A stretch of DNA of 64,000 nt from the IMG/VR virus record IMGVR_UViG_2706796725_000001, positions 18,439-82,438 of that record; one strand, written 5' to 3'. A model generated the notes under the pieces. The model had not been told where the DNA came from, did no database searches, and saw only the letters and a list, made by a program, of their open reading frames with translations. The position numbers and the translations under genes are program-made. Origin of the DNA: a virus (taxonomy: Duplodnaviria > Caudoviricetes). This document shows, one piece after another, positions 46,517-56,392 of the stretch; position 1 is the stretch's first letter; the number at the start of each line of letters is the position of its first letter.

Positions 46517-49500
46517 TTATCGTGATACACCTCTACGTTTCTGTCCGTAGTTTTGCTGCATTGTGCTGTCCAGCTCACCACTTCCCATTGATTCCTTGAT
46601 CATATCACGCACAAGGATACGTATCTCTCTACGTCCTTCTGGAGAGATAGTCTCAGAAGTTTCATAGGAATTTCCGCCTGTAGACTGATCCACAATAGTG
46701 ACATACACATCCCCACCGCCTGAAGAATAACCTCCAGAGAAATTCCCAATAGACGGTGCGACATAACCTCCTGTTGAGAATTGTGGCATCATACCTTGAT
46801 TAAGTTTTTCAAGATTACCTAAGCCAAGTTTCTTAACAGCTTGGGCATTAATAACAAACTCACCATTACTCAACCAAGCAGGGATAGAGTCAGATGTACC
46901 TGTACCAGCTCCTGAGACATAACCACCTGTAGCAAAGGTCTGAGATTTGATAGAGGCTAACTGAGCGCCTGCTGTAGCACCAATCATTGCAGTCATAGCG
47001 CCTGCATACCACGGGTTAGCAGCATGTTCAGCCCAAACCTTCATCACAGCCATCGCAGCAGAAATCATTACCTGTGCAGCAGCAAACGCCTGATACTCCT
47101 TGCCAGCCTGCCTGTTCATTGCAGAGATAGCCTGCATACCTTGTGCAACAATGTCCTGCATCTGACCCAGTTGCTGTGTAACTTCCAAGTAGGACTTGTA
47201 TCTGTCTGCAAGAGATTTCAGCTCAATCAGGTGTGCTTCATACATCTCACTCTCAGCACCCCAAGCCTCTTCCAACATGACCCTTCTTTGTTCCAGCTCA
47301 TACGCCAAGTTATCCAAGTCAGTGAATGGGTTGGTGAGTATGTCTTTAGTCATCTGATCACGTCTGGTGATTTCCTGAGATAACCAACGGTCCAACAATT
47401 CACTTGCAAGGGTCAGGTCATGGTCAATGCTCTCTGGATCAACCACACGGATTGACTCACGAATCTCAGTAAAACGTTGCTCAATCGTTTCTGGACGCAT
47501 TGCTTGGAACAATGAATCAATATCAGATACAGCCTGAGACTGACGCTTATCATAGGCTTCCTGAGCTTCCCTAGCAGCACGATAGGCGTCAGCCTCTGCA
47601 TACACTGCTTGTGTGAGGGTTCTTACGGCAGCTTCCTTACCCTTGGTCAGATCAATACTTATCTCAAGTTTCTTAGATAGTTCAGTAAGCTCGTCATTGT
47701 TGAAACGTCCTACCACTTCACGTAGCTGGTCATAATCTTTTGTAACGTCCTTCAGGGACAGATCAAACAAAAACTTGTTGGCTTCCTCCACTTGAGATGC
47801 TAACTGCTTAAACTCGTTACCAAGTTCTTTGGCTGGAGTCTTGCGCATCTCTCTGGATACAGTATTAGCTCTCGTAGTCATTACAGCCATGACTTCAGAA
47901 GCTCTCATTAAAGCAGCCTCTAAATCTTCTATGTTCTGTATGTCACTTAGATCAACATAGCGAAGAACGCCCAATGCCTGAAGCTGCTGACGCAACTGAT
48001 CTGTTACTTCTGTTACATCAAAAATCTTACCTTCAGCAATGCCCAGATCATTTATCCAACGGTCATAAGTATTTCTCGCTGAAATAGCCTGATTGAGTTG
48101 ATCTACACGCTGTACGTTTCCAGCAATCGTGGCTTCCAATATAGCAAACTGTTCAGCAATATCTCTAACAGTCGCATTACGTTGGGCGTTCTGCAAATTC
48201 TGCCATTCGGTTGAGAGATTACGAAGACGAGTTTCCAATGCAGCTTGTCGCTGATCCAATATAGAGAGCTGGCGTACCTGCTCTTCGATAGTTTGTGAGC
48301 TATTCTTTATAGCTTCACGCTGAGGTGCAAAATAATCTTTAGCCATCTGTTCAGCCAGTTGATCATTTGCATCAATCAGACTTTGGATCTGGTTAAGTAG
48401 GCCGAAATCTTTATCAGATTCCAAATCCTTGAATAGTTCCCCAAATTCTTTTCGTATGGTTGAGAATAGTTGAGCGGCGTCTACAGCTCCATCTCTAAGG
48501 CTGTTATTCATACCCTCTAGTGCAGATTGTGCATCTGTCACATTGTCTCTCAGGTTTTGCAGGTCGGAGAGTTTATCAATGTTCTCAAGTTCAACGCCAA
48601 ACTCTGCTGCTCTTGCTTTAAGTTCAACAAAGTATTGTTCAGATACTGCCCCACCACTCTGAATAGTCTTAAAGGTGAATTCTAAATCCTTCTGCAATCT
48701 CTGGAATGCTTGTGAAGCAGTAGCAGCACCTGCGTCTTGCCCAAATGCATCCATCATTCCTGTACTCTGTTCTCTTACATAATTCCTTCTCGCTTCACGC
48801 ATGTTGGAATCAAGTGATGAGTAGTAGGAATTCATAGCCCGTTCAGCAGCTTTATAGGATATTTCAGCCTCTTTGGTGACTACTTCAAACTGCTTAACCA
48901 TCTCATCGGTAACTTCACCTAGTGATGTTCTGAGCTGCTGATTGGCACGGTTCAGGTTGTGTGACCCATTAGTTAGGTGTGTATAAGCTGTTTGCAGTCT
49001 TTGAGCGCCATCCACATTGCCAACAGATTGGCGAGATACTAGGTACATTGCTGCACCCAACGCTGCCATAAATGGAAGTACAGAAGTGAGAACAGTCCTC
49101 ATTGCAAGCATTGCACCACTATATGCTCTGGCACGAATGGTGGCTTGTTCTAAGCTAACACCTTGAGCAACCAAGGTGGTAATATGCTGTTTGATCAAGG
49201 CATCCTTGGCACGTATGGCTGCTATGCTCTGCCATGTTTCCTTCTGGAACACTTTCATATTTGCAATAATTGCGATCAAGGCTCCAGCCATCTTCACAGC
49301 CGCGCCAACAAACAGTGCAGCCATTGCAGCAGACAGCAAATGGAAATTATCAATCAAGAATTCAATAGCTTTACCAGTAGCTGAGATAGCAATATCTACA
49401 GAGCTGATAATGTTAGCAAGTCGATCACTATCATCAATCAACTCACGGATGAATTCATTTACAGTTGTGTACACTTGGGTGAGGGCTTCTGTCGTACCAA

Positions 49501-50935
49501 TCTGTTTAGAGATTTCCTCAGTCAGCTCTGCAATGTTATCCCCAACAGCATCCAACTGACCAGCCAAACCTTTAGCTTCTTCTTGGGCGCGATTGTAGAA
49601 TACGGAAGTGCGTTCCAGAATGATATTCTGGGCTTTAGCTCTCTGGCCCAATGCCTCGTATGTCCGAATCTGTTCACGCTGACTTTCAGTAAACTGTATA
49701 CCAACACGTCTGAGACTATCTAAGCTATTAGCAGGTTGCTCTAATGCTCTTGCTAATAGACGTGTGGAAGCAACAATATCGCCTCCAAACGCACTAGCAA
49801 TACCTTGTGCTGTAGTGGCAATACGTTCAAACAGATCACTTGCCAAGTTATCATAGGTCAGCAAGACGTTGATTGCCGATCTGGCAGCATTGGCATTTGT
49901 GAGGGTTGCCTGAGCGATACGGCGGGACATGGCATCAAGCTGATCACCTGTTATCTCTGCAACACGCCCCGTAGCTTCAATAGCTGCTTGAAGGTTCAAT
50001 AACTGACGCTCATACTCCATACCCGCACGTACTACACGGTTAGATGCAACTACGATACCAGTGATGGTGGCAGTGAATGCAGCAATAGCAACAGTGTTGG
50101 TTTTAACCAAAGACGTGAAGGCTGTAATACGGGCAGCAATACCTGACAGTGGGCCTAATGCCAACTGTACAGCTTTAGTTGTATTCTGAAGTTGTTGCGT
50201 GAAGAGTGATGTATCGTTGGCAGCAGTCCGAATAGACTTACCTTTAGCTTCCATGCCATTTTTAATATCATTGATTGCGGCTTTATATTCATTTGAGGCT
50301 TGTACAATAGCTGCCTGAGATGTTCCAGCACCTTCCAAATTAGCCTTGTAACGTTCTAATGCTTGGTTTAACGGAGTCAGGTCTTCTTCAGTCGCACCAA
50401 AGGAAACCATACGTGTAGTCAATGTAGCAACTTCACGTTCAGCAGTGGCAATGGTGTTCTGAATCTTCAGCATGACAGAATTGTATTTATTTGTCTCCTG
50501 CTGTACCTGATTCATTTCACGGTTAAGACGGCCTGTAGCCTCAGCCATGTGTGAGGTTGATTCAAACCCGTCACGAAGCTGATCCTTGTAAGCCTTCATT
50601 GCCAAGGTAATCTTATCAAAACCGTCTGTAGCACCACTAATCTTAGCAGCCTCCTGACGAATCTTAGAATACTTCTCTTCAATATCTTCCAGCTTCCCCA
50701 TAGTGGGTTCTATCTTCTTAGATACCCCCTCAAACGCATCAGAAGACGTTTTACCGGCTTTTGAGGCTGTCTGTGCAACTTTGTTAAGGGAACTATCCAT
50801 CGCCTTTGTAGAGGCATTTAGAGTGCTTTCCAGACCCCTGAATGCAGCCTCAAGGCTTTGTAAAGACGACTTTAGACGAGATACATCTGCATCCATCTGA
50901 ACGTCATAACCAACACCACCCACTGTATTTGTCAT
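46517..50935 (-). CDS. Tape measure protein
   Basis: 1472 aa, helical and Ala-rich; C-terminal FATGGYV.G.GTGTSDSIPAWLSNGEFV. Confidence 0.95.
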   Translation of the reverse strand: MTNTVGGVGYDVQMDADVSRLKSSLQSLEAAFRGLESTLNASTKAMDSSLNKVAQTASKAGKTSSDAFEGVSKKIEPTMGKLEDIEEKYSKIRQEAAKISGATDGFDKITLAMKAYKDQLRDGFESTSHMAEATGRLNREMNQVQQETNKYNSVMLKIQNTIATAEREVATLTTRMVSFGATEEDLTPLNQALERYKANLEGAGTSQAAIVQASNEYKAAINDIKNGMEAKGKSIRTAANDTSLFTQQLQNTTKAVQLALGPLSGIAARITAFTSLVKTNTVAIAAFTATITGIVVASNRVVRAGMEYERQLLNLQAAIEATGRVAEITGDQLDAMSRRIAQATLTNANAARSAINVLLTYDNLASDLFERIATTAQGIASAFGGDIVASTRLLARALEQPANSLDSLRRVGIQFTESQREQIRTYEALGQRAKAQNIILERTSVFYNRAQEEAKGLAGQLDAVGDNIAELTEEISKQIGTTEALTQVYTTVNEFIRELIDDSDRLANIISSVDIAISATGKAIEFLIDNFHLLSAAMAALFVGAAVKMAGALIAIIANMKVFQKETWQSIAAIRAKDALIKQHITTLVAQGVSLEQATIRARAYSGAMLAMRTVLTSVLPFMAALGAAMYLVSRQSVGNVDGAQRLQTAYTHLTNGSHNLNRANQQLRTSLGEVTDEMVKQFEVVTKEAEISYKAAERAMNSYYSSLDSNMREARRNYVREQSTGMMDAFGQDAGAATASQAFQRLQKDLEFTFKTIQSGGAVSEQYFVELKARAAEFGVELENIDKLSDLQNLRDNVTDAQSALEGMNNSLRDGAVDAAQLFSTIRKEFGELFKDLESDKDFGLLNQIQSLIDANDQLAEQMAKDYFAPQREAIKNSSQTIEEQVRQLSILDQRQAALETRLRNLSTEWQNLQNAQRNATVRDIAEQFAILEATIAGNVQRVDQLNQAISARNTYDRWINDLGIAEGKIFDVTEVTDQLRQQLQALGVLRYVDLSDIQNIEDLEAALMRASEVMAVMTTRANTVSREMRKTPAKELGNEFKQLASQVEEANKFLFDLSLKDVTKDYDQLREVVGRFNNDELTELSKKLEISIDLTKGKEAAVRTLTQAVYAEADAYRAAREAQEAYDKRQSQAVSDIDSLFQAMRPETIEQRFTEIRESIRVVDPESIDHDLTLASELLDRWLSQEITRRDQMTKDILTNPFTDLDNLAYELEQRRVMLEEAWGAESEMYEAHLIELKSLADRYKSYLEVTQQLGQMQDIVAQGMQAISAMNRQAGKEYQAFAAAQVMISAAMAVMKVWAEHAANPWYAGAMTAMIGATAGAQLASIKSQTFATGGYVSGAGTGTSDSIPAWLSNGEFVINAQAVKKLGLGNLEKLNQGMMPQFSTGGYVAPSIGNFSGGYSSGGGDVYVTIVDQSTGGNSYETSETISPEGRREIRILVRDMIKESMGSGELDSTMQQNYGQKRRGVSR

Positions 50936-50936
50936 A

Positions 50937-51387
50937 TCATACCCTCGTATTCCTACCCACTAATCGGACAGCATCAGCAAACGCATTCCGAACATTTCTT
51001 TCCGTTAGGACATAATCAGCAGCCCTTGTCAAGTAATGGCTTCCTGTACCATTTCTGGTGTAATTCTTGTCTGGGTATGCAGACGGTAAGTTTTCATGAA
51101 GAAACCAAGCATAATCAACCTTATCATTACCATACTGAATACTAATAACATATCCGTTTCCTTCCTTACGAAACATCCTCAACCCTACCTGACTGTCTTA
51201 GTTCGCTTGTTTCGCCTTCAGGAACATATTCATCTGCCTTTTCTAGAATAGCTTGTGCTAAGTACCTTAGTGTATGTTTGATTATTTCATCATTCATATC
51301 TTGAAGTTTATTCATATCTGCACGAATCATATCTATAACATTCGTCCGTTTATCCCCACGACCCCATACAGCTCTCTTTCTAGCCAT
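50937..51387 (-). CDS. Neck/tail completion protein (HK97 gp10-like), split by one frameshift (~51170)
   Basis: AILEKADEYVP..TSELRQSG then YGNDKVDYAWFLHE...YLTRA; extra T in GATGTTTCG. Confidence 0.75.
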
Positions 51388-51402
51388 AACATTTCTCCAA
51401 AT

Positions 51403-51431
51403 AAAAAGCCCCAACATTTCTGAAGGGGCTT
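51403..51431 (-). terminator. Terminator between the chaperone gene and the neck/TMP genes
   Basis: AAGCCCC...GGGGCTTTTT. Confidence 0.65.
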
Positions 51432-51434
51432 CGT

Positions 51435-51967
51435 TCAACGTTTCTTACGGGCTTTCTCAGCAGCCTTCTTCTCTTGCTCTGCTTTAAACTCTAAGTAGGC
51501 AAGCCATCCAGCAAACTCATCAGGTGACATATTTTCTTCAATATCATACACCTGACACCCTATCGTTTCCGCTACGAGGTATACACTCTGCAAATACCCG
51601 TCTCTACGGAAACGTCTTAGGAGTTTTTTGAATCTTCCTCGTTCATCAGTTCAGCAATTTCAGCACCAAACTTATCAACGAAAGAACCAGTAGGCTGTTC
51701 AACCAATACATCATAATCCGTATCGTCAAACACCAGCTCGTTTGTTTCTGGAACATAGGTATTGGCAATTACAGCCCAAACCAGAAAGTTAACCATATCA
51801 AACTCGCCATCTTTTCCTTTAGAACGTTCAATCAGAATTTTCTTAGCTTTAATGGAAGGCTGACGAAACTCAACATCCACACCTTCATAGTTAAAGATTT
51901 TGGAACGGAATTTAGCCTGCTTACCGACCGTAGCTGAACGGATTTTATCACGAATGGATTGCGCCAT
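51435..51967 (-). CDS. Tail assembly chaperones G / G-T with programmed -1 frameshift
   Basis: G spans 51617-51967. Slippery A-AAA-AAC at 51623-51629 just before the G stop. The -1 frame gives KLLRRFRRDG...SPDEFAGWLAYLEFKAEQEKK...KR*. Confidence 0.88.
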
Positions 51968-52082
51968 AGTTTGAATCTCCTTGCTGCCAACGTTATTTAT
52001 ATTAAGAAGGGCAGATATTATTTGAATTATTGTATCCATGATCCCTCCTTATTGTTACAGTATCTAGTAGACACCATTGGGT

Positions 52083-52108
52083 AAAAAAGAGGGGCTACAA
52101 AAGCCCCT
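52083..52108 (-). terminator. Terminator after the major tail gene
   Basis: AGGGGC-TTTTGT-AGCCCCT followed by CTTTTTT. Confidence 0.7.
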
Positions 52109-52145
52109 AAGTCACGCTGACACAACTCTTTTATGAATTATTAGG

Positions 52146-53195
52146 TTATACAGAAGTCTCTGTGATAGCACCTGTGCCTTGGAAATCGAGTGCGAAATCT
52201 GCAACGGCCTCGATACCAGAGGTCAAGGAAACATCAGATACCAGCACCTGACCTGACTTACGTACAGTAGAGTTCTCTGCACGGTAACGAACATACAGAG
52301 GTGCACGCTCAACCCATGCTTCCAATGCCCACAACACAGCTTCGGGTATAGAACTATCAGATGCGTGATACCAAGAGAACGGGAATCGTACACCTTCAGG
52401 AACAGCCAGAGCGTAGGTGATAGACTCGGTTTCGGTACTACCAACATCGCCAGACTGACTGTGACTAGAAGCGCGGAAATAGCCACGGGCAACAGATTTA
52501 CCCTCACCGTCTGGGTTGATTTCGATGATAACCTGATCACGGCTCAACAGGTCAGCAAAGAAACCTGAAGCGTCGCTGTAGAAACCGTCCAAAGAAAGCT
52601 CCGCATTCTGCTGCTGGTAACTAAATACTGCATATCCGTTGTTAGCCTGTGCAGTACAGAAGTCCGTTACGTTCTCTGTATCAGCACTCTGACCAAGAGT
52701 GAAGTTCTGTGCCTGACAGATAGCCGCAAGTGGTAGGTAGTTGCCATCAATAGTGATCGGGCCTTCTACAACATAGCCAGATACAAACTTCACAGCACCT
52801 TGCAGGTAGTCGATATATTCAATATCAGCAGAATCGACAATAACGCCATCGTCATACACATCTACATCAACAGTGTTGTCCAGCAGGCTCTGTGCTCGGT
52901 TGGTGATGTAAAACTTCAGAGGATCGTTGGCATCAACAGTGGTGGCAGCAGGTGAAGCCAGAGCTGTAGAAGTACCTGTACGCTTCAGCGTAGCCTTGTA
53001 ACCAGGGAAGCCTTTGTAATAACCATTGCTGCTCATAGTCCAAGTAATCAGGGTAGGCTGAGAGGAGCTGAACGTGGTCCCAAATACGCTATCGTCAGTG
53101 GATGCGCTATCAGAGGAGATTTCAGCAGAGCTGCCTGGAATCTCACGGAAGTTTATTCCGTCTTTAGAGAGCTGTACGCTCTTAACATTAGCCAT
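52146..53195 (-). CDS. Major tail tube protein
   Basis: 349 aa, two tube-like domains; F.LDFQGTGAIT ending; own terminator. Confidence 0.85.
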   Translation of the reverse strand: MANVKSVQLSKDGINFREIPGSSAEISSDSASTDDSVFGTTFSSSQPTLITWTMSSNGYYKGFPGYKATLKRTGTSTALASPAATTVDANDPLKFYITNRAQSLLDNTVDVDVYDDGVIVDSADIEYIDYLQGAVKFVSGYVVEGPITIDGNYLPLAAICQAQNFTLGQSADTENVTDFCTAQANNGYAVFSYQQQNAELSLDGFYSDASGFFADLLSRDQVIIEINPDGEGKSVARGYFRASSHSQSGDVGSTETESITYALAVPEGVRFPFSWYHASDSSIPEAVLWALEAWVERAPLYVRYRAENSTVRKSGQVLVSDVSLTSGIEAVADFALDFQGTGAITETSV

Positions 53196-53264
53196 ATCTT
53201 TTTCTCCTATAGGAATGTATTAATCAGTTTGCTAGCCAAACTACTTTGTTAGACAATTAGCAAT

Positions 53265-53702
53265 TTATTCAATGGGTTTACGTAGGGAGGAATCATATTC
53301 ACGAACCATTCTGTATGAAGCCACTAATATTGTTCTGTTTTTATTATCAGAAGCTAATGTGGAAATATCACTTGTTTGCCACACGCCCACATAACGTGTG
53401 CCGCCAATTTCAACATGGTTCATACCCAAGATACTATCCTTTACAGCCTGTTGAGCAGCATAGGCATCTTCATAACCATATTCATCTTTAGCTTTAACCC
53501 TTATCTGGATACGTGGCTCGTCTCGTTGATAACGTGGGTTACTCCCAACAGAGGGAATATCATAAACTGTTAGAAGTATTCTATTTTCAATATCAGGCTC
53601 CATCCCTACACGTATTAAGGGAAGCGTTCCTGATAAACTTGTTGTACCAATATTCAATCCTATCAAATAGGAGGCAATATCAGCAGCAGGACTATTCGGC
53701 AT
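53265..53702 (-). CDS. Tail terminator / minor capsid-like protein
   Basis: PAADIA.YL...EPD...YD...EPRIQIRV...D..NR.I...Y pattern. Confidence 0.75.
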   Translation of the reverse strand: MPNSPAADIASYLIGLNIGTTSLSGTLPLIRVGMEPDIENRILLTVYDIPSVGSNPRYQRDEPRIQIRVKAKDEYGYEDAYAAQQAVKDSILGMNHVEIGGTRYVGVWQTSDISTLASDNKNRTILVASYRMVREYDSSLRKPIE

Positions 53703-53711
53703 AATTCCTCC

Positions 53712-54049
53712 TTACAGGATGTATCTATATTCTGTTCTGGTTCCACGTAGATTCGTAATTACACGTCTACGCCTGACAGGATAAGATTTAGCAACAGGTG
53801 TTTCAGAGATGTATAATCCCCTTGAATAACCACATCACCTTCCATCAAATCATCACCAATGGTGTAGATATAGGCGTTGCTACGTGAATGTTCACCAAAT
53901 TCATTGATATACTGACGAGATGTTTCTTCCCAGCGACATTTAATCTTTCCAACAATGTACGTATCCCTACCGTACATATCAGGCTCACCACTCTTGCGCC
54001 AATATGTTAAGGTTTGTGGAAACTTATACTCTCGACCTACTCCAGACAT
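53712..54049 (-). CDS. Head closure protein, split by one frameshift (~53810)
   Basis: QTLTYW...DMYG...CRWEE; alternate frame ends ITNLRGTRTEYRYIL*. Confidence 0.7.
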
Positions 54050-54050
54050 G

Positions 54051-54563
54051 TTAAGCCCTCTCCAATGTAAGGACGGTTGTACGGCTGCTACCGATACCCA
54101 AGAAGATGAGAGACTGCTGTAGGTTGAATATGAACGGATTATCTGCCACCACTCTTGCAGAAGCATATCGTTCAGAACTATCACCAAAATCTTCCTGAGA
54201 GAGTTTTACAGAATCGGTCGTTAAGTCTCCAGAAAGGCTCTCTAAGGCGATTCCTGCTGTTGCATCTCTTACTACCTTTGGTACGCTATCGTCGCTTACA
54301 AGGCGTCCTCGTGCGTCTGAGAAGGTGTTTCTAGGCCATTCCAAGGCTTGATCCCTATTCTTCAGTGTACTATTCCATCTAACCAATGAATCCAAGTATT
54401 GTGTGGCAATCATCAGTCTACGTTCTTTTTCTTCTGTAGATAATTCATTCCATGTTGATAAGTCTTCTGGATAATAAAACTCAATAATACTGTCAGCATC
54501 TTCTACAGAGATATATGAGGTGGAATCAGGCAACCCTTCACCTGTCTCTACTTTAAATATCAT
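54051..54563 (-). CDS. Head-tail adaptor (DnaT-like)
   Basis: VETGEGLPDSTSYISVEDAD...QALEWPR...VP..V..A. Confidence 0.85.
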   Translation of the reverse strand: MIFKVETGEGLPDSTSYISVEDADSIIEFYYPEDLSTWNELSTEEKERRLMIATQYLDSLVRWNSTLKNRDQALEWPRNTFSDARGRLVSDDSVPKVVRDATAGIALESLSGDLTTDSVKLSQEDFGDSSERYASARVVADNPFIFNLQQSLIFLGIGSSRTTVLTLERA

Positions 54564-54661
54564 AGGGTTTCTCCTGTGTTCGTTAATATGTTTGTTCAGA
54601 CACCTATCTCAGATAATAAAAAGGGCCACCGAAGCAGCCCTTATGTTTAATCAGAAATTGA

Positions 54662-55111
54662 TTAACCTTCGTAATCCAAGCCTTCTAGGATTTCAATGGC
54701 ACGTTTCTTGGTGGTTACTTCCTCTTCTACACGTCCTTGAGCAATTTCTTTCAACTGTGCAGCAGGCAGGTTACGCCAATTAGGGTTCTTGTCGGAAGCC
54801 TGTAAAGGTTCCGAAACCTCTGGAATGAAATCTTCTTTTGTTACAGACTCAGAGTTATCCTCCACTGTATCTTCTAATACAACTTCTTCCTTAACAGGAT
54901 GTGGGCGATCTTCAGCACCAAACACTTTAATCCCTGCTGCCGCATACGCAGCCTCAATCTTTGGAAAACTCGGTGCATACACATAATCGAATGTACGACG
55001 AACATCACCTTCCCAATACTTAGGATTGGTCTTTGTTGGCTTCTTAAATCCGTTATCCTCAAAAGGGAAGTCGTTTGGTTCAAACAAGATGATTGTCTTT
55101 TTCAGCTTCAT
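54662..55111 (-). CDS. Hypothetical virion-associated protein
   Basis: 149 aa after the capsid gene; C-terminal HeH-like motif. Confidence 0.65.
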   Translation of the reverse strand: MKLKKTIILFEPNDFPFEDNGFKKPTKTNPKYWEGDVRRTFDYVYAPSFPKIEAAYAAAGIKVFGAEDRPHPVKEEVVLEDTVEDNSESVTKEDFIPEVSEPLQASDKNPNWRNLPAAQLKEIAQGRVEEEVTTKKRAIEILEGLDYEG

Positions 55112-55200
55112 AATTATCTCCAATGTAGTGACATATAGAAATTATAGACAAAAGAAAAGGGAGCATTGCGCTCCCTTATGTGTGCTACGTGTTTCTGAGA

Positions 55201-56181
55201 TTATACAGCGAAGATACCCAGTACACCCGGACCCTGTTTAACAGAAGCGTAAACGTAATCCCAGTTACCAGAGTCAGCCAGATCAGCTTTGGTAGGTGCA
55301 GTAGAACCATCCCAAGCAAAACCTTTAACGTTGACGGTGTAGGCGGTTTCAACGGTGATACGGGCAGTAATGTTTTTCTTGGTATCGTCCAGACGAGTCA
55401 GAAGTTCCTGCTCTTCAGACTCTTCCATCAATACAGCACTTTCAGTCAGACCCAGAACTTTGTAACCTTCAATGTCACCAGTTGTGGAGTTAACTTCAAC
55501 CAAGTATGGAGAGTCGGTTACGATGATCGGCAGACCCAGTGAGCCAACTTCAGCACGGTAGATTGCAACACCAGCAACAGAATCAACCTGAGAGGCAACA
55601 GCGTCACCCAGCAGTTTGTGTGCAGCCTGTGAGTGCATAACCCATGCGCGGATAGCAGAAGCGTTGTCGCCCATTTTAGCACGAAGTTTAACAAGGTTAG
55701 AAACGTTCAACTGACCAGCAGCACCAGATTCAGCAGAAACGTTCAGAGTGGCGCCTGAAAGGGATTCCAGAGCAGCAGCAACAGAGGCAATACCAGTGTT
55801 GGTGTAGTCTAGTGCGAAGGCCTTGGCGTGTTGACGACCCAGTACGAAAGACATCAGTTCGGGAGATTCACCCAATGCTTTGAAAGCGTTGACGGTCTTC
55901 TCGACTTTACTTGAACGATGCGTTTTCACGCCACGTGTTTGTGACATAGTGAGGTCACTAAAGTCGGCAGCGGACAAGTCATCAGGGTTCCTATCGCTTA
56001 CAAGGTTATCAATATTCTGGAAAAAGGATGCTTCATCCAACTGACCTTTCAGCAAACGAGTGCCGATACGCATAACACCGCCAGCAGCAGCCATTTCAAC
56101 AGCAGCCTGTGACAGAACTTCAGTTACGCCCGAAAAGTATTGCTCATCATAGATGACAAATGTCGCTTGAGTATAAGCCAT
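55201..56181 (-). CDS. Major capsid protein
   Basis: 326 aa after the scaffold gene; AWVMHSQ..L...SLG.P.IVTD pattern; flanked by terminators. Confidence 0.9.
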   Translation of the reverse strand: MAYTQATFVIYDEQYFSGVTEVLSQAAVEMAAAGGVMRIGTRLLKGQLDEASFFQNIDNLVSDRNPDDLSAADFSDLTMSQTRGVKTHRSSKVEKTVNAFKALGESPELMSFVLGRQHAKAFALDYTNTGIASVAAALESLSGATLNVSAESGAAGQLNVSNLVKLRAKMGDNASAIRAWVMHSQAAHKLLGDAVASQVDSVAGVAIYRAEVGSLGLPIIVTDSPYLVEVNSTTGDIEGYKVLGLTESAVLMEESEEQELLTRLDDTKKNITARITVETAYTVNVKGFAWDGSTAPTKADLADSGNWDYVYASVKQGPGVLGIFAV

Positions 56182-56255
56182 GATAGATTTCTCCTATCTA
56201 AAAAATTATCTTAAACTGTTTAAACAATGAATTAAGACAGGATTTCATCCATCAC

Positions 56256-56325
56256 GTCCACCCTGCATTACATACATATCAAGACACCAAAATGGTATTC
56301 ATGTATATATTCTTGTAGGGTGGAC
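56256..56325 (-). promoter_or_regulatory. Long hairpin in the capsid 5' leader
   Basis: GTCCACCCT(A/G)CA ... TG(C/T)AGGGTGGAC arms. Confidence 0.55.
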
Positions 56326-56345
56326 ACATTTGGATTGATTTATAA

Positions 56346-56374
56346 AAGAAAAGCCCCTAAAGAGGGGCTTGTTT
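56346..56374 (-). terminator. Terminator (GCCCC family) after the scaffold gene
   Basis: AAGCCCCTCTTTAGGGGCTTTTCTTTT. Confidence 0.8.
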
Positions 56375-56392
56375 TAAGCAGGGTTTTCTATA

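Noticed and set aside
41114-50900. Plus-strand ORFs antisense to the J-like and TMP genes (and similar shadow ORFs elsewhere)
   Set aside because: These are antisense shadows of long coding genes, with no RBS or motifs.
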